64,000 nt of DNA from contig CALPNT020000001.1 in the NCBI GenBank assembly GCA_943325005.2, positions 5,132 through 69,131 of the forward strand. The letters are read 5' to 3'. Positions 19,655 to 30,774 of this stretch are shown piece after piece. The notes below the pieces were generated by a model. The model was not told where the DNA came from. It ran no database searches and worked only from the letters and a program-made list of their open reading frames with translations. The stretch comes from Bifidobacterium breve. Its GTDB lineage: Bacteria > Cyanobacteriota > Cyanobacteriia > PCC-6307 > Cyanobiaceae. Position 1 is the stretch's first letter. Each line of letters starts with the position of its first letter. Made by a program: the position numbers and the translations under genes.

Positions 19655-20401
19655 TTAACCCGATGGGCGGCCACTGGCAGGGTTGCTGCGCTGCAACAAC
19701 GCCGGGTGCTGAAGCAGGGCATCCATCAGCCGTACGCCCCGTAACTGGTTGACCAGCGGCATATGGCCCTCGGGCGCCGCCAGCGACCAGGTGAAGGAAC
19801 CGGGATAGCGGGTCCAGCGGCCTTCGTGCTTCCAGCCCAGTCGGGGCCAGAGCCGTTCCCATTGACCGTTGCAAGCCTGCAAAAGCCGGCCCTGCACCGA
19901 AAAGCCGAAGCGTCCGCGCGAATAACAGATCCAGAGCCGATCCAACGATTCCAGATCGACGCCAGGAATCGCCGCCACCTCGCTGTAAAAGACATAGCCC
20001 CGCTGTTCAGCGCCCGGGCCGGCCAGTTGGCGCAGCAGGCTGCTGGTGAGCCGATCGGCTTCTTCAAATTGCAGCAGCATCAGCTGCCGCTGCAACGGGG
20101 CGTAATCAAGGCCGGCCGCACTGCTGACCGCCAGCCAACCAGCTGGATAGCGGGCCAGCAAGGACTCACCCTGGCCGGCCGGACCTGCCGCCAGCAGCAG
20201 CTGCACCAACAGTCCGGCGGCCCAGTCATCGCCGGTGGCATCCAACCGATCCAGTTGGTCGGGGATCAGGGGCAGCAATTCGTCACGGCGTTGCTCGATC
20301 AGCTCCAACAGGCTGCGGCGCTGACGCGGCGAGCCGGAAAGGAAGCGTTCGAGCAGCTGATCGGCGCGGGCGGTGCTGGTGACCGGGGGACCGGAGAGCA
20401 T
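19655..20401 (-). CDS. gun4: GUN4 / Ycf53 Mg-chelatase cofactor
   Basis: [32 protein letters not shown]. Confidence 0.9.
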   Translation of the reverse strand: MLSGPPVTSTARADQLLERFLSGSPRQRRSLLELIEQRRDELLPLIPDQLDRLDATGDDWAAGLLVQLLLAAGPAGQGESLLARYPAGWLAVSSAAGLDYAPLQRQLMLLQFEEADRLTSSLLRQLAGPGAEQRGYVFYSEVAAIPGVDLESLDRLWICYSRGRFGFSVQGRLLQACNGQWERLWPRLGWKHEGRWTRYPGSFTWSLAAPEGHMPLVNQLRGVRLMDALLQHPALLQRSNPASGRPSG

Positions 20402-20542
20402 GGAGAACGGTCTGCCGAAGGGACATGCGGCCGGGGGCCGTCGGCTTCGAGCCACTATGTCAGGGCAATCAGAATCCCGCCAAACCAGCCGTGGGGGTCC
20501 GGGGTGTTCGCCCTGCCTAGGATTCCGTTTTTGCCAAAGGTC

Positions 20543-20920
20543 ATGGGCGCCGCCATTCAGTTTTTTCGGGGAGTGGACGAACTGGTTGTGCCCGACATCC
20601 GGCTCACCCGTTCCCGCGACGGTCGCACCGGTCAGGCTCTGTTTGTGTTCGAGGAGCCGGTGGCCCTGGCCCCGGAAACGATGGGCGACATCACCGGCAT
20701 GTTCCTGGTCGACGAGGAAGGGGAACTGGTGACGCGCGAGGTCAAGGCCCGCTTCGTCAATGGCAAGGCCTTTGCGCTCGAAGCCACCTACACCTGGAAA
20801 ACCACCGCCGATTTCGAACGCTTCATGCGCTTCGCCCAGCGCTACGCCGACGGTCATGACCTCGGCTTCGCCGGCAAGGACGACGAAGGGGCCGAAGACG
20901 TGGGAGAAGCGGACGCTTGA
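20543..20920 (+). CDS. psb28: Photosystem II Psb28
   Basis: [35 protein letters not shown]. Confidence 0.93.
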   Translation: MGAAIQFFRGVDELVVPDIRLTRSRDGRTGQALFVFEEPVALAPETMGDITGMFLVDEEGELVTREVKARFVNGKAFALEATYTWKTTADFERFMRFAQRYADGHDLGFAGKDDEGAEDVGEADA

Positions 20921-21990
20921 AATTCGGCCAGTGGCTGGGACTGATCGGCCTGGCGGCGGCCCTACTGCTGCTGTGGAGCCTGCGGCACGCCGTGCTGCTG
21001 ATCTTCGCGGCCGTGGTGTTGGCCATGGCCCTCTGCACCCTGGTGGGAGCCGTCCGCCAACGGTTGGGCCTGCCGCGGCTGGCGGCCCTGCTGCTGAGCC
21101 TGCTGGGATTGGTGCTGGTGCTGGCGGTGGCTGGCGCTGTGATGGTGCCGCCGTTTGTCGAGCAATTCGGTCAACTGATCGAGAAGCTGCCCCAGGCCGC
21201 CAGCCTGCTGCTGTCGATGCTGCACCAGGGGCTGCAGCGGGCTACGAGCATCGTCTACGGCAATGCAGACCCCAGCTTTGGCTGGCTGAGTGACAGCTTC
21301 GGCCAGCCAGCCGAGGGAGGGAGTGGCCTCGCCAACGGCCTGGGTGGCGGCCTGCTGAAGCTGCTGGGCTTTGCCGGCAACGTTGGCACCGCCCTGCTGC
21401 AGAGCTTGTTTGTGGTGGCCGTCGCCCTGATGGTGGCCGCCCAGCCCGAGGCCTATCGGGAGGCGCTGCTGCTGCTGGCGCCCTCCTTTTACCGCCGCCG
21501 CCTGCGGCAGGCCTTGTTGCACTGCGGTGAGGCCCTCAGCGCCTGGATGGTGGGGGTGCTGATCAGCTGCGTCTGTGTTGGCACGCTGGCCGCCATCGGG
21601 CTGCTGCTGCTGGGCGTGAAGCTGGTGGCCGCCAATGCGGTGCTGGCCGGCCTGCTCAATGTGATTCCCAACGTCGGGCCCACGCTCAGCACCCTGTTCC
21701 CGATGTCCGTGGCCCTGCTGGAGGAGCCTTGGAAGGCGGCGGCGGTACTGGTGCTGTACGTCGTTGTCCAGAGCCTGGAGAGCTATGTGATCACCCCCTC
21801 GGTGATGCATCACCAGCTGAACCTGCTGCCGGGCTTCACCCTGATGGCCCAGCTGCTGTTCACGGTGGTGTTCGGTCCTCTGGGGCTGCTGCTCGCCCTG
21901 CCCCTGACCGTGTGCCTGCAGGTGCTGATCAGGGAGCTGCTGATCCACGACATCCTCGATCCGTGGAAGCTGCAGTGGAGGAGTCGATGA
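20917..21990 (+). CDS. AI-2E family transporter
   Basis: Multi-[34 protein letters not shown]. Confidence 0.88.
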   Translation: MKFGQWLGLIGLAAALLLLWSLRHAVLLIFAAVVLAMALCTLVGAVRQRLGLPRLAALLLSLLGLVLVLAVAGAVMVPPFVEQFGQLIEKLPQAASLLLSMLHQGLQRATSIVYGNADPSFGWLSDSFGQPAEGGSGLANGLGGGLLKLLGFAGNVGTALLQSLFVVAVALMVAAQPEAYREALLLLAPSFYRRRLRQALLHCGEALSAWMVGVLISCVCVGTLAAIGLLLLGVKLVAANAVLAGLLNVIPNVGPTLSTLFPMSVALLEEPWKAAAVLVLYVVVQSLESYVITPSVMHHQLNLLPGFTLMAQLLFTVVFGPLGLLLALPLTVCLQVLIRELLIHDILDPWKLQWRSR

Positions 21991-22994
21991 AAGCCCGCAC
22001 CCTGTTGGGAGCCCTGGCGCTGGTGGTGCTGTCGCTGCTGGTGTGGGAGCTGCGCTGGGTGCTGCTGGTGCTGTTCGGCGCGGTGGTGCTGGCGGTGGCC
22101 CTGGATGTGCCGATCAGCCTGCTGCGCCGTGTCTTTCGCTTCAACCGACCCGCGGCCCTGGCGATCGTGCTGGTGCTGCTGGTGCTGGTGGGCTGGCAGA
22201 TCTCCAACCTGCTGCTGCCTGAGGTGCTTCAGCAGATCCAGCAGTTGATCCAGCTGGTTCCGGTGCTCACCCACCGCCTGGCGGCCCTCGGCAGCCAGGT
22301 GCCCTGGTTGCCCGACCTGGAGCGCCAACTCACTTCCGGTACCTACTGGGAGCGGCTGCAGCCGCTCGGCGCCCAGGTGCTCGGGGTGGCTGGCGGTGCG
22401 GCCAACACCAGCATCCAGCTGCTGCTGATGGCCCTGCTGGCCATCCTGATGGCGCTGGATCCGCGCAGCCATCAGCGGTTGGTGGTGGCGGCGACGCCGG
22501 CCTTCTACCGCGCTCGCATGGCCACCCTGCTGAGCGAATGTCGCGAGGCGTTGGGGGGCTGGCTTGCCGGCATGACACTCTCCTGCGTGGTGGTTTTTCT
22601 CACCACCTGGGCGGGACTGGCCCTGCTCAAGGTGCCCCTGGCCTTGCTCAGTGGCCTGGTGTGTGGGCTGCTCACCTTTGTTCCCACGATTGGCCCCACC
22701 GCCGCGAGCCTGATGCCGCTGGCGGTGGCCCTGCTGGTGTCACCCACGAAGGTGCTCCAGGTGCTGGTGCTGCGCCTGGTGCTGCAGAACGCAGAGGCGT
22801 TCTTGCTCACGCCGGTGCTGTTGAAGCGCACGGTCAACCTGCTGCCCACGGTGGCCTTGATGTCTCAGCTTTGCCTGGGCGCTCTGCTGGGATTACCTGG
22901 CCTGCTGCTCGCCCTGCCTCTGGTGGTGGTGCTGCAGGTGGTTTGCGAGGAAGTGTTGGTGCGCGACATCATGGATCGCTGGGACGGGCACTGA
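21987..22994 (+). CDS. AI-2E family transporter (second paralogue)
   Basis: ATGA overlap; GLLTFVPTIGP, QNAEAFLLTP. Confidence 0.88.
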   Translation: MKARTLLGALALVVLSLLVWELRWVLLVLFGAVVLAVALDVPISLLRRVFRFNRPAALAIVLVLLVLVGWQISNLLLPEVLQQIQQLIQLVPVLTHRLAALGSQVPWLPDLERQLTSGTYWERLQPLGAQVLGVAGGAANTSIQLLLMALLAILMALDPRSHQRLVVAATPAFYRARMATLLSECREALGGWLAGMTLSCVVVFLTTWAGLALLKVPLALLSGLVCGLLTFVPTIGPTAASLMPLAVALLVSPTKVLQVLVLRLVLQNAEAFLLTPVLLKRTVNLLPTVALMSQLCLGALLGLPGLLLALPLVVVLQVVCEEVLVRDIMDRWDGH

Positions 22995-23223
22995 ATTCGC
23001 CTGCCTGGGGCTGCCGCTTTCGATAGCGACGCCAGAGCGAAGGTTGGGCCAGCAACACCACCACAGCCAGGGGATGGGAGCGAATCGCCGTCACCAGGGT
23101 GGTGACGGTGAAATGATCGATCAGCAACTGCAAATCAACGCGCAGGTCGCCCAGAGCGAGCAGCAGCAGCAGCGGCGGCAACAGCGACCAGGAGCGCTGA
23201 CTCTTGGTCGCTTGCGAGTTCAT
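22969..23223 (-). CDS. Small hypothetical membrane protein
   Basis: Coupled to secF stop; DLRVDLQLLIDHFT..HPLAVVVL. Confidence 0.7.
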   Translation of the reverse strand: MNSQATKSQRSWSLLPPLLLLLALGDLRVDLQLLIDHFTVTTLVTAIRSHPLAVVVLLAQPSLWRRYRKRQPQAGEFSARPSDP

Positions 23224-24212
23224 CGGCGTGAAAGCACAGGTAGAAGGGTGGGGGCAAGGCCGATGCTGGACCAGCTGCCTACGCCGATGCCGACGATCAA
23301 GGCCACCGCGAACCAGAACAGACTGCTGCCGCCGAAAAACAGCAGACCGAACAAGGGCAGCAAGGTGGTGAGCGAGGTGTAAAGCGAACGGGTGAGGGTG
23401 GCATCGACGGCCACATCCACCTGATCAATCAAGGGCACATCGGCCAAGAGTTTGCGCTGCTCGCGGATACGGTCGTAGATCACGACCGTATCGGTGACCG
23501 AATAACCCGCCACCGTGATCAGCGAGACAGCAAACAGGGAATCCACCTCAATCCCCTGCAATAGCCCCAGCCAGGCAAAGACGCCACAGGTGATCAACAC
23601 ATCGTGGGCGAGGCAGAGCAAGGCCAGAAAGGCAAAGACGCCGTTGTACATGAAGCTGATATAGACAGCAATCGCGGCGAAACTGACCAGCAGCGACACA
23701 ATGCTGCCGCGCAACAACCTTGAACCCAGGGTGGGGCCAATGGTGTTGATCGAGGTGCCACTGGTCTTGAGCGGCCCGGTGACGGGCGTGAGGTCTTCAA
23801 TCAGAACGGTGCTCTGCTCAGCGCTCAGAGCCGGTAGCCGCAGCAGCAAAGAGCGGCCGCCATCGAGCACCTGCACCGAGGAACTGCTGAGATTGGGGGT
23901 GATCTCACCGGGGACAGCCGGCAGCGAAAGATCGCTGAGGCGCTGCTGGAGCTGGGAGACGCTGAGTTCAGCGCAGGCGTTCTGACAGCGACGCTCCACC
24001 TGGATCTGGGTGCCACCAGTGAAATCAAGGCCCGGCTTCAGCGGCAAGCCAATGGCGGGATTGAGCCAGCAGAGCACCAGGCCCAGCAGGCTGAGTCCGC
24101 AAGCGATCGCTGAGGCGATCCAAGCCAGACGCCGATGGCGGCTGATGCGCATGTAACGGATCGGGATCGCCGCGGCGCTGGTGGCCGGAACTGGAGCTGG
24201 GGAGGAAACCAT
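23220..24212 (-). CDS. secF: Protein translocase subunit SecF
   Basis: GLDFTGGT, IGPTLG, GYSVTDTVVIYDRIRE. Confidence 0.95.
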   Translation of the reverse strand: MVSSPAPVPATSAAAIPIRYMRISRHRRLAWIASAIACGLSLLGLVLCWLNPAIGLPLKPGLDFTGGTQIQVERRCQNACAELSVSQLQQRLSDLSLPAVPGEITPNLSSSSVQVLDGGRSLLLRLPALSAEQSTVLIEDLTPVTGPLKTSGTSINTIGPTLGSRLLRGSIVSLLVSFAAIAVYISFMYNGVFAFLALLCLAHDVLITCGVFAWLGLLQGIEVDSLFAVSLITVAGYSVTDTVVIYDRIREQRKLLADVPLIDQVDVAVDATLTRSLYTSLTTLLPLFGLLFFGGSSLFWFAVALIVGIGVGSWSSIGLAPTLLPVLSRR

Positions 24213-24233
24213 CAGGGGCAGACAGGGTCGGGC

Positions 24234-25736
24234 TCAGGCCGCCGATGCGGGCAACTGGGCAGCGGGCAGGAAGTAGGTGGGACGGCGCAGGGCCGGGTAG
24301 CTCATCAGCAGCCTCAGCAGGCTGCGGGTGCAGGTGAGGGCCGTGAACAGGCTCAACAGCAGGCCGATCGCCAGGGTGACAGCAAAGCCCTTGACCAGGC
24401 CGGTGCCGAGGAAAAACAGGGCGGCGCAACTGATCAGGCCGGTGATGTGCCCATCAAAGATCGAAGAGAAGGCCCGGGCAAAACCGGTGTCGATCGAACG
24501 GATCAGGGTGTTGCCGGAGCGCAGCTCCTCCTTCACCCGCTCAAAGATCAGCACATTGGCATCCACCGCCATACCCACCGAAAGGATGAAGCCGGCGATC
24601 CCGGGCAGCGTGAGGGTGACCGGGATCAGGGCGTAGACCGCCAGGTTGTAGAGCGAATACAGGCTGAGGGCCAGCACCGAAACCAGGCCCGGCAGCCGAT
24701 AGACCACCACCATGAACACCCCCACCAGAGCCAGGCCGGAGAGGGCGGCCAGCAGGCTGGAGCGGATGTTTTCAGCGCCGAGCGAGGGGCCGATGGTGCG
24801 CACTTCGACGATCTTCACGGGCAACGGCAGGGAGCCCCCGCGAAGCTGCACCTCCAGATCCCTGGCCTCATCTGGAGTGAAGTTACCGGTGATGCTGGCG
24901 GATCCACCGGCGATGCCGGCGGCCTTGAACTCCTCGCCGACACTGGCCTCGCTGATCGAACGGCCGTCGAGCACGATGCCGAGCAGGCGGCCGGTACCGG
25001 CGATCGACTGGGTGAGCTCAGCGAACTTCTCGCCGCCTTCGCGATTGAAGCCCAAGGTCACCTCCCAGGCATTGCCGGTGGCTTTCTGCTGCCGTCCGGC
25101 ACTGGTGAGGTCCTTGCCGGTGAGCAGGGTGGGGCCGTAGAGGCTGACGATGCGGCGATTGACCTCAGCCAGCAGCACGTCAATCTGGTCCGTTTCGCTG
25201 CTGCCTTCCGGCACGGTGAGACCGAGGGCCCGCAGAGATTTGGCCAGATCCTCCGGTGCCAATTGGGGCTTGGGCGGTGGCGGCGGCAGGCCGCTGTCGG
25301 TGCTGGTCGGTTGCGGTTGCTTGGAGGCCAGCACAGCCTCCGCCTGACGTTTGAGTTGCAGCAGCCCCTGCATTTCCTGCTCGGTGCCGGGCTTCTGGGC
25401 CTTGAACTCCAGCAGGGCTGTGCTGCCAAGCACTTTGGCGGCGCGGCCGGGGTTCTGCTCACCGGGCAGCTGCAGCATCAGCTGGTCTGAACCGATGGTC
25501 TGCAGGGTGGACTCAGCCACCCCCAAACCGTTGATGCGCCGCTCCAGCACATCCTTGACGGCTTCCAGTTGTTCGCTTTCCACTTTCAAGATGGTGCCGG
25601 CCGGCATCACCTGGAGAGTGAGCTGACTACCACCCCGCAGATCCAGCCCCAGTTGCAGGCCATAGGTGGCGAGCATGACCCCGCTGGCGATGGCCAGCAC
25701 CAGGATGAAAGCGACCCAGCCCTGTTGACGTGCCAT
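24234..25736 (-). CDS. secD: Protein translocase subunit SecD
   Basis: LGLDLRGG, RINGLGVAE, LRGGSLP, GMAVDANVLIFERVKEE. Confidence 0.96.
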   Translation of the reverse strand: MARQQGWVAFILVLAIASGVMLATYGLQLGLDLRGGSQLTLQVMPAGTILKVESEQLEAVKDVLERRINGLGVAESTLQTIGSDQLMLQLPGEQNPGRAAKVLGSTALLEFKAQKPGTEQEMQGLLQLKRQAEAVLASKQPQPTSTDSGLPPPPPKPQLAPEDLAKSLRALGLTVPEGSSETDQIDVLLAEVNRRIVSLYGPTLLTGKDLTSAGRQQKATGNAWEVTLGFNREGGEKFAELTQSIAGTGRLLGIVLDGRSISEASVGEEFKAAGIAGGSASITGNFTPDEARDLEVQLRGGSLPLPVKIVEVRTIGPSLGAENIRSSLLAALSGLALVGVFMVVVYRLPGLVSVLALSLYSLYNLAVYALIPVTLTLPGIAGFILSVGMAVDANVLIFERVKEELRSGNTLIRSIDTGFARAFSSIFDGHITGLISCAALFFLGTGLVKGFAVTLAIGLLLSLFTALTCTRSLLRLLMSYPALRRPTYFLPAAQLPASAA

Positions 25737-25737
25737 C

Positions 25738-26721
25738 TCAGATTTGACCGCTCTTAAGTTGACGAGCGGCCTCAACAATCTGATGGGGCTGGATGATCGT
25801 CAGATTTTCGAGATTACCGTTGTAAGGCGTGGGGATGTCCTGGGAGGAAAGGCGCACCGGCCTGGCATCAAGATCATCGAAGCAGTGCTCGGTGATCAGG
25901 GCGAGCAGCTCGGCGCCGATACCACCAGTTTTCATGCATTCCTCCACCACCAGCACCTTGTGAGTCTTGCGAATCGAGGTGGCGATGGTCTCCATGTCAA
26001 AGGGCTTGAGGCTCACCAGGTCGATCAGCTCCACATCCACCCCTTCAGCTTCAAGCTGTTCCACCGCCTTGAGGCAGTGGTAACGCATGCGCGAATAAGT
26101 AAGGATGGTGACGTCCTTACCGACGCGCACCACCTCGGCCTGATCGAGGGCGCAGATGTAATCTCCTTCCGGGATATCTTCTGAGAGATTATAAAGCAAC
26201 ACGTGCTCGAAGAACAACACCGGATTGTTATCGCGGATCGCGGCCTTCATCAGGCCCTTGGCATTGGTGGGGGTGCTGACCGCGACGATCTTGATACCGG
26301 GCACCGCGTGAAAATAAGCCTCGAGCCGCTGGCTGTGTTCAGCGCCGAGCTGGCGACCGACACCACCGGGGCCCCGCACCACGGTGGGAATCGTGTAGTT
26401 GCCGCCGCTGGTGTAGCGGAGCATGCCCATGTTGTTGGAGATCTGGTTGAAGGCCAGCAACAGGAAGCCCATGTTCATGCCCTCGACAATCGGCCGCAGG
26501 CCGGTCATCGCTGCGCCGACGGCCATGCCGGTGAAGCTGTTTTCAGCAATCGGCGTATCGAGCACGCGCAGCTCGCCGTACTTCTCGTAGAGATCCTTGG
26601 TGACCTTGTAAGAGCCGCCGTACTGACCGACGTCCTCCCCCATCACGCAGACATAGGGATCCCTCGCCATCTCTTCATCGATGGCCTCACGCAGGGCATT
26701 GAACAGGAGGGTTTCGGCCAC
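25738..26721 (-). CDS. pdhB: Pyruvate dehydrogenase E1 beta subunit
   Basis: [31 protein letters not shown] start. Confidence 0.96.
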   Translation of the reverse strand: MAETLLFNALREAIDEEMARDPYVCVMGEDVGQYGGSYKVTKDLYEKYGELRVLDTPIAENSFTGMAVGAAMTGLRPIVEGMNMGFLLLAFNQISNNMGMLRYTSGGNYTIPTVVRGPGGVGRQLGAEHSQRLEAYFHAVPGIKIVAVSTPTNAKGLMKAAIRDNNPVLFFEHVLLYNLSEDIPEGDYICALDQAEVVRVGKDVTILTYSRMRYHCLKAVEQLEAEGVDVELIDLVSLKPFDMETIATSIRKTHKVLVVEECMKTGGIGAELLALITEHCFDDLDARPVRLSSQDIPTPYNGNLENLTIIQPHQIVEAARQLKSGQI

Positions 26722-26788
26722 GGCAGAAAGGCTCGGGGGCTGGCGCACCGTTGAGAGCGGAGCGGGCTCAACTTAGCCTCCTCGACCC

Positions 26789-26884
26789 TCAGCCACCGGC
26801 CGCGAACGTGGTCAGGAGCAGCACCGACAGCAGCATGCCCGGCAGAAGCAGCGCCACCAACAGGCCGAGATCGTGGGGAGTCAT
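26789..26884 (-). CDS. 31-aa single-TM microprotein MTPHDLGLLVALLLPGMLLSVLLLTTFAAGG
   Basis: Clean ATG..TGA filling the gap between DUF3082 and pdhB, host-like codons; below ORF track cut-off. Confidence 0.7.
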   Translation of the reverse strand: MTPHDLGLLVALLLPGMLLSVLLLTTFAAGG

Positions 26885-26920
26885 GGGGACGAAGCGGCAG
26901 CGGCCATTGCAGGCGGCAGC

Positions 26921-27346
26921 TTAGGAAGGCTTGGCTGCCACGGCAGGTCGCAGGCTGCGCAGGAAGGTGAGCAGCAGGCCGATGCCGATGAAAGCGAAGC
27001 TGAAGGTGGCCAGAAAACACATGCCGACAATCAGGGTCTTGAGGGCGGTGGCGATGCTCTGGGCGATCTGGACGTCGTAGTGGGGAGGGTGCTCGGCGTA
27101 GTAGCCGACGACGCGGCTGCTCAACCCCAGGCAGACCCAGGCCAGCAGGCCGCTGGTGAGGGCGCCGGAGAGGAAGCTCAGCGGCCCCTTGCGTGGGGCC
27201 GCTGGGCCAGCCGTTTCATTGGACACCGAGGCAGCAGCAGCATCGGCTGCCCTGGGAGGGGCCGTGCCTGCGGCTGCTGAGGGCTGCGCCTCCGGCCTGG
27301 CCGGAGCCGGATCACCGGCCTGGGTCGCTGCGGGGTCGGAAGACAT
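26921..27346 (-). CDS. DUF3082 membrane protein
   Basis: KGPLSFLSGA, QSIATALKTLIVGMCFLATFSF. Confidence 0.82.
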   Translation of the reverse strand: MSSDPAATQAGDPAPARPEAQPSAAAGTAPPRAADAAAASVSNETAGPAAPRKGPLSFLSGALTSGLLAWVCLGLSSRVVGYYAEHPPHYDVQIAQSIATALKTLIVGMCFLATFSFAFIGIGLLLTFLRSLRPAVAAKPS

Positions 27347-27352
27347 GGGGAC

Positions 27353-28303
27353 TCAGGCGGGAAAGGCGGCCCCTTCCAGGGTGACACCGGCTGGGCGGAA
27401 CCGGCAGCACCAGCTCTCGAAACCGGCCGCTTCCAGGTCCGGGGCGATCTGCAATCGGCCCGCCTCGGCTTCCTCCCGGTGGCGATAGAGGGCAAACAGG
27501 CTCGGGCCGGAGCCACTCATCGCCACCGCCAGCGGATCCCCTGCCCGGCGCAGCAGCTGCAGCCCCTGCACCACGCTCTCCACCTCCGGTGCCACCACCA
27601 TCTGCAGGTCGTTGCGCAGTAGCGGCAAGGGCCCCTCGCCACGCAGGGCCTGGACCAATGGGCCCTGCCGCAAGCTCTGGCGCCGTTGTTCGAAGTCCTC
27701 CTCACAGCTGAGGTAGAAGTCGCTGCGCATCTCGCGGCAGCGGCCGTAGGCCCAGGGTGTGGAGACGCTCACGGCCGGCTGCTTGATCAACAGCACCGCC
27801 CAGGCGCGCTCCTGCTCTGGATTGACCGCTTCGAGAAACTCGCCCCGGCCGAAACAGAGGCGGCTGCCCCCCTCCAGACAGAAGGGCATGTCGGAGCCCA
27901 GTTCAGCGGCGAAACCCAGCAACGTCGTCTGGCTGAAGCCCAGGCCCCAGAGGCTGTTCAGGCCCAGCAGTGCGGCGGCTCCATCGCTGGAGCCGCCCGC
28001 CAGGCCGGCACCGATCGGGATGCGCTTCAGCAGCTGGATCCGGGCCCCCAGCTCCGGCAGGCCGGCGCGGGCCTTGAGCAGCTCGGCGGCCCGCACCACC
28101 AGGTTGCCGCCATCGGTGGGCAGCTCGGCGCGATCGCAGGCCAGGTGAATCTGGCCATCGGCTGTGGGCGCCATGGTGAGCTGATCGCCGAGATCGAGGC
28201 TCTGCATCACCATCGCCAGCTCGTGATAGCCATCGCTGCGCAGGCCCAGCACCTCCAGGTGCAGGTTGATCTTGGCGGGAGCAAAGACGGTGAGAGGGGC
28301 CAT
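27353..28303 (-). CDS. ispE: 4-diphosphocytidyl-2-C-methyl-D-erythritol kinase
   Basis: [31 protein letters not shown]. Confidence 0.96.
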   Translation of the reverse strand: MAPLTVFAPAKINLHLEVLGLRSDGYHELAMVMQSLDLGDQLTMAPTADGQIHLACDRAELPTDGGNLVVRAAELLKARAGLPELGARIQLLKRIPIGAGLAGGSSDGAAALLGLNSLWGLGFSQTTLLGFAAELGSDMPFCLEGGSRLCFGRGEFLEAVNPEQERAWAVLLIKQPAVSVSTPWAYGRCREMRSDFYLSCEEDFEQRRQSLRQGPLVQALRGEGPLPLLRNDLQMVVAPEVESVVQGLQLLRRAGDPLAVAMSGSGPSLFALYRHREEAEAGRLQIAPDLEAAGFESWCCRFRPAGVTLEGAAFPA

Positions 28304-28306
28304 CGA

Positions 28307-29149
28307 TCAGCCGGCGGGGGCGGCGCTGCTGAGCCGATTCAAACCGTTGGCCAGCGCCACCCAGGTCTGGGGTGCCAGCTCCTGGGGCCGTTGTTCCAGG
28401 TTCAAGGCCAGCTCCTGGGCCAGCTGCAACAGCTGGGGTGCTGGCAGCAGACCGGCCAGGCTGTTGCGCAGCATCTTGCGGCGCGCCGCAAAGCAACGTC
28501 GCAGCAGCAGCTCAACCTGGCGGGCGCTCGGCGTGGGCAGCAACTGCTCCGCCGCCAGGGGCTCCAACAGGATCACCTCCGACATCACTTTCGGCGGTGG
28601 AACAAAACAACGGGGCGGCACGGCGCAGATCGAGCTGCAACGGGCCAGCAGCTGCATCCGCACGCTCAGGGCCGAGTAGGCGCTGCTGCCGGGGGTGGCC
28701 CTGATCCGCTCACCCACCTCCTGCTGCACCAGCAGCACCAGCCGCTGATAAGGGGGCAGCACGGGGCGATCGAGGCGACCCACCAACCGTTCCAGCAGGG
28801 GTCCGGTGATGTTGTAGGGGATGTTGGCCACCACCTTGCGTGGGAGTTCCACTCCAGCCGGTGGCAAGGGCACCGTCAGCACATCCCCTTCCATCAATTG
28901 GAAGCGCTGATCAGCACCGAACTGAACCCTCAGCCCCGCCACCAGATCCCGATCCAGTTCCACCGCCAGCAGCGCCGCCAGCGGCGTGGCCAGGAGCCGT
29001 TCCGTCAGCGCCCCGCGACCAGGCCCCACTTCCAGCACCCGATCGCCGGGAGCGAGCTCGGCGGCGGCGACGATGCGATCCAGCACCGAGCCATCCGTCA
29101 GCCAGTGCTGGCCGAAGCGTTTGCGGGCGCGATGGGCGCCGAAGGACAT
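28307..29149 (-). CDS. rsmA: 16S rRNA dimethyladenosine transferase
   Basis: RKRFGQHWL, LEVGPGRG, VVANIPYNIT, FVPPPKV. Confidence 0.96.
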   Translation of the reverse strand: MSFGAHRARKRFGQHWLTDGSVLDRIVAAAELAPGDRVLEVGPGRGALTERLLATPLAALLAVELDRDLVAGLRVQFGADQRFQLMEGDVLTVPLPPAGVELPRKVVANIPYNITGPLLERLVGRLDRPVLPPYQRLVLLVQQEVGERIRATPGSSAYSALSVRMQLLARCSSICAVPPRCFVPPPKVMSEVILLEPLAAEQLLPTPSARQVELLLRRCFAARRKMLRNSLAGLLPAPQLLQLAQELALNLEQRPQELAPQTWVALANGLNRLSSAAPAG

Positions 29150-29226
29150 CTGCAAGCCTCAGTTCTCCCCAGATTGCTCCCAGCCGGGACCCGGCTGGCT
29201 AGAGAAAGGGTTGCCAGCTGGAATCG

Positions 29227-29589
29227 ATGGCCCATCCGATGCCGCCGTTCTCTCCCCAAGGGCCCGTCCAGACCAGGCACGGGCTCGCCCTGGCGCAACT
29301 CAGCCTGACCCTGGCGGGACTCACTCTGGCGGCAACTCCAGCCCTGGCCGGCAGTGTCACGGCCGATTCGGTGATGGACAAATCAGGGGCCCGCCAGGCG
29401 GCGATGTCCCAGGTGCCCAGAGGAGCCACCATCATCAAGACCAAGTGCCTGGAGCTGGAGGTGGGCATGGACAACATCCGCTATCGCTGCACCGTCTGGT
29501 ACGCCAATCCGCCGGTGCTGCCGCCAACCCCCGCGCAGCTGCCTGGCGCTGCGCCGGCCCCTGGCAGCAGCACCGCACCCGGCAGCTGA
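29227..29589 (+). CDS. Hypothetical secreted protein with a cysteine pair
   Basis: Signal-like TLAGLTLAATPALA, C..C domain, Pro-rich tail. Confidence 0.65.
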   Translation: MAHPMPPFSPQGPVQTRHGLALAQLSLTLAGLTLAATPALAGSVTADSVMDKSGARQAAMSQVPRGATIIKTKCLELEVGMDNIRYRCTVWYANPPVLPPTPAQLPGAAPAPGSSTAPGS

Positions 29590-29618
29590 ACCCCGCGCGC
29601 GCGGCCGCAGCGGAGCGA

Positions 29619-29984
29619 TCAGCTCTCCATCCGGATCCAGAGCACCGGCTGTCGCGCCGGTGGCAGGGGTACCAGGGCGGCCACCTGCTCCACCGGTGTG
29701 TCGCTCCAGTCGGCATGGTCGGCCACCCAGCAACTCCAGGCCCGCTGCAACCGCAAGCGCTTGCCTGGGCCGAGGGCGGCGCGGCCGCCGCCATCGGCGC
29801 CCCGACGCTGGCGAGCCTTGACTTCCACCAGCAGCAGCCGGCCCGGTTTGGCCATCACCAGGTCGATTTCGCCCCAGCGGCAGCGCCAATTGCGATCCAG
29901 CAGTTGCCAACCGCGGGCCAGCAGCAGCCGCAGCACCCGCTGCTCGGCCCAGGCCCCCTGTCGTTGCGCTTGGGTGCGGCTCAC
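29619..29984 (-). CDS. YraN (UPF0102) family protein
   Basis: GAWAE, RNWRCRWGEIDLV, VEVKAR. Confidence 0.88.
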   Translation of the reverse strand: MSRTQAQRQGAWAEQRVLRLLLARGWQLLDRNWRCRWGEIDLVMAKPGRLLLVEVKARQRRGADGGGRAALGPGKRLRLQRAWSCWVADHADWSDTPVEQVAALVPLPPARQPVLWIRMES

Positions 29985-30193
29985 GCTGGCGGACAGGTCG
30001 ACCTCTGCAGTGTTCCCGGCCCCTGCCAGGCGCTGCAGCTGGTGAACCTGCGGCCGAATCAGGCGCCAGCCGATCGCCGATCCGGGCGGCGCTGCAATGG
30101 GGTTTTGGCCTGTGGGCTCGCTGCTTTCAGACCAGCAGCGGATTGGCGCCCACGGCGACCTGCCTAGGGTTGGCTCAGCCCGTCCCTGATGCC

Positions 30194-30754
30194 ATGGCGT
30201 TGTCCACCGCGATCCTTTCCTCCTCGATCGGCGCTAACCGCAGCCAGCTCAGCCGGGGCCGGCATGGCCGGGGCTGGTTCGGCCGGAGCCTGCTCGGCCT
30301 GCTGCTGGCGAGTGTGCTGCTGCTGGGCGCCGGAGCACCGGCAGCGGCGGCGATGGACTACGCCAAACAGGTGCTGATCGGTGCCGACTTCCGCGGCGCC
30401 GACCTGCAGGCGGTGACCTTCAACCTCACCAACCTGCGCGATGCCGATTTCCACGGCGCCGATCTACGCAATGCCAGCCTGTTTGGCGCCAAGCTTCAGG
30501 ATGCCGATCTGGGTGAAGCTGATCTGCGCGATGCCACCTTGGATTCGGCCGTGTTTGATGGCACCGATCTACGTAATGCCCGCCTGGATGACGCCTTTGC
30601 CTTCAACACCAAGTTCAGCAACGTGCTGATCGAGGGCGCTGATTTCACCAATGTGCCGCTGCGGGGCGATGCCCTCAAGACGCTGTGCGCGATCGCCAGT
30701 GGCACCAATCCCAGCAGCGGCCGCGCCACCCGCGACACACTGGGTTGCGGTTGA
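30194..30754 (+). CDS. Exported pentapeptide repeat protein
   Basis: A(D/N)(L/F)xx repeats, signal-like segment, C-terminal TRDTLGC. Confidence 0.88.
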   Translation: MALSTAILSSSIGANRSQLSRGRHGRGWFGRSLLGLLLASVLLLGAGAPAAAAMDYAKQVLIGADFRGADLQAVTFNLTNLRDADFHGADLRNASLFGAKLQDADLGEADLRDATLDSAVFDGTDLRNARLDDAFAFNTKFSNVLIEGADFTNVPLRGDALKTLCAIASGTNPSSGRATRDTLGCG

Positions 30755-30774
30755 ACCCCAGGTGAGCTGGTGCC

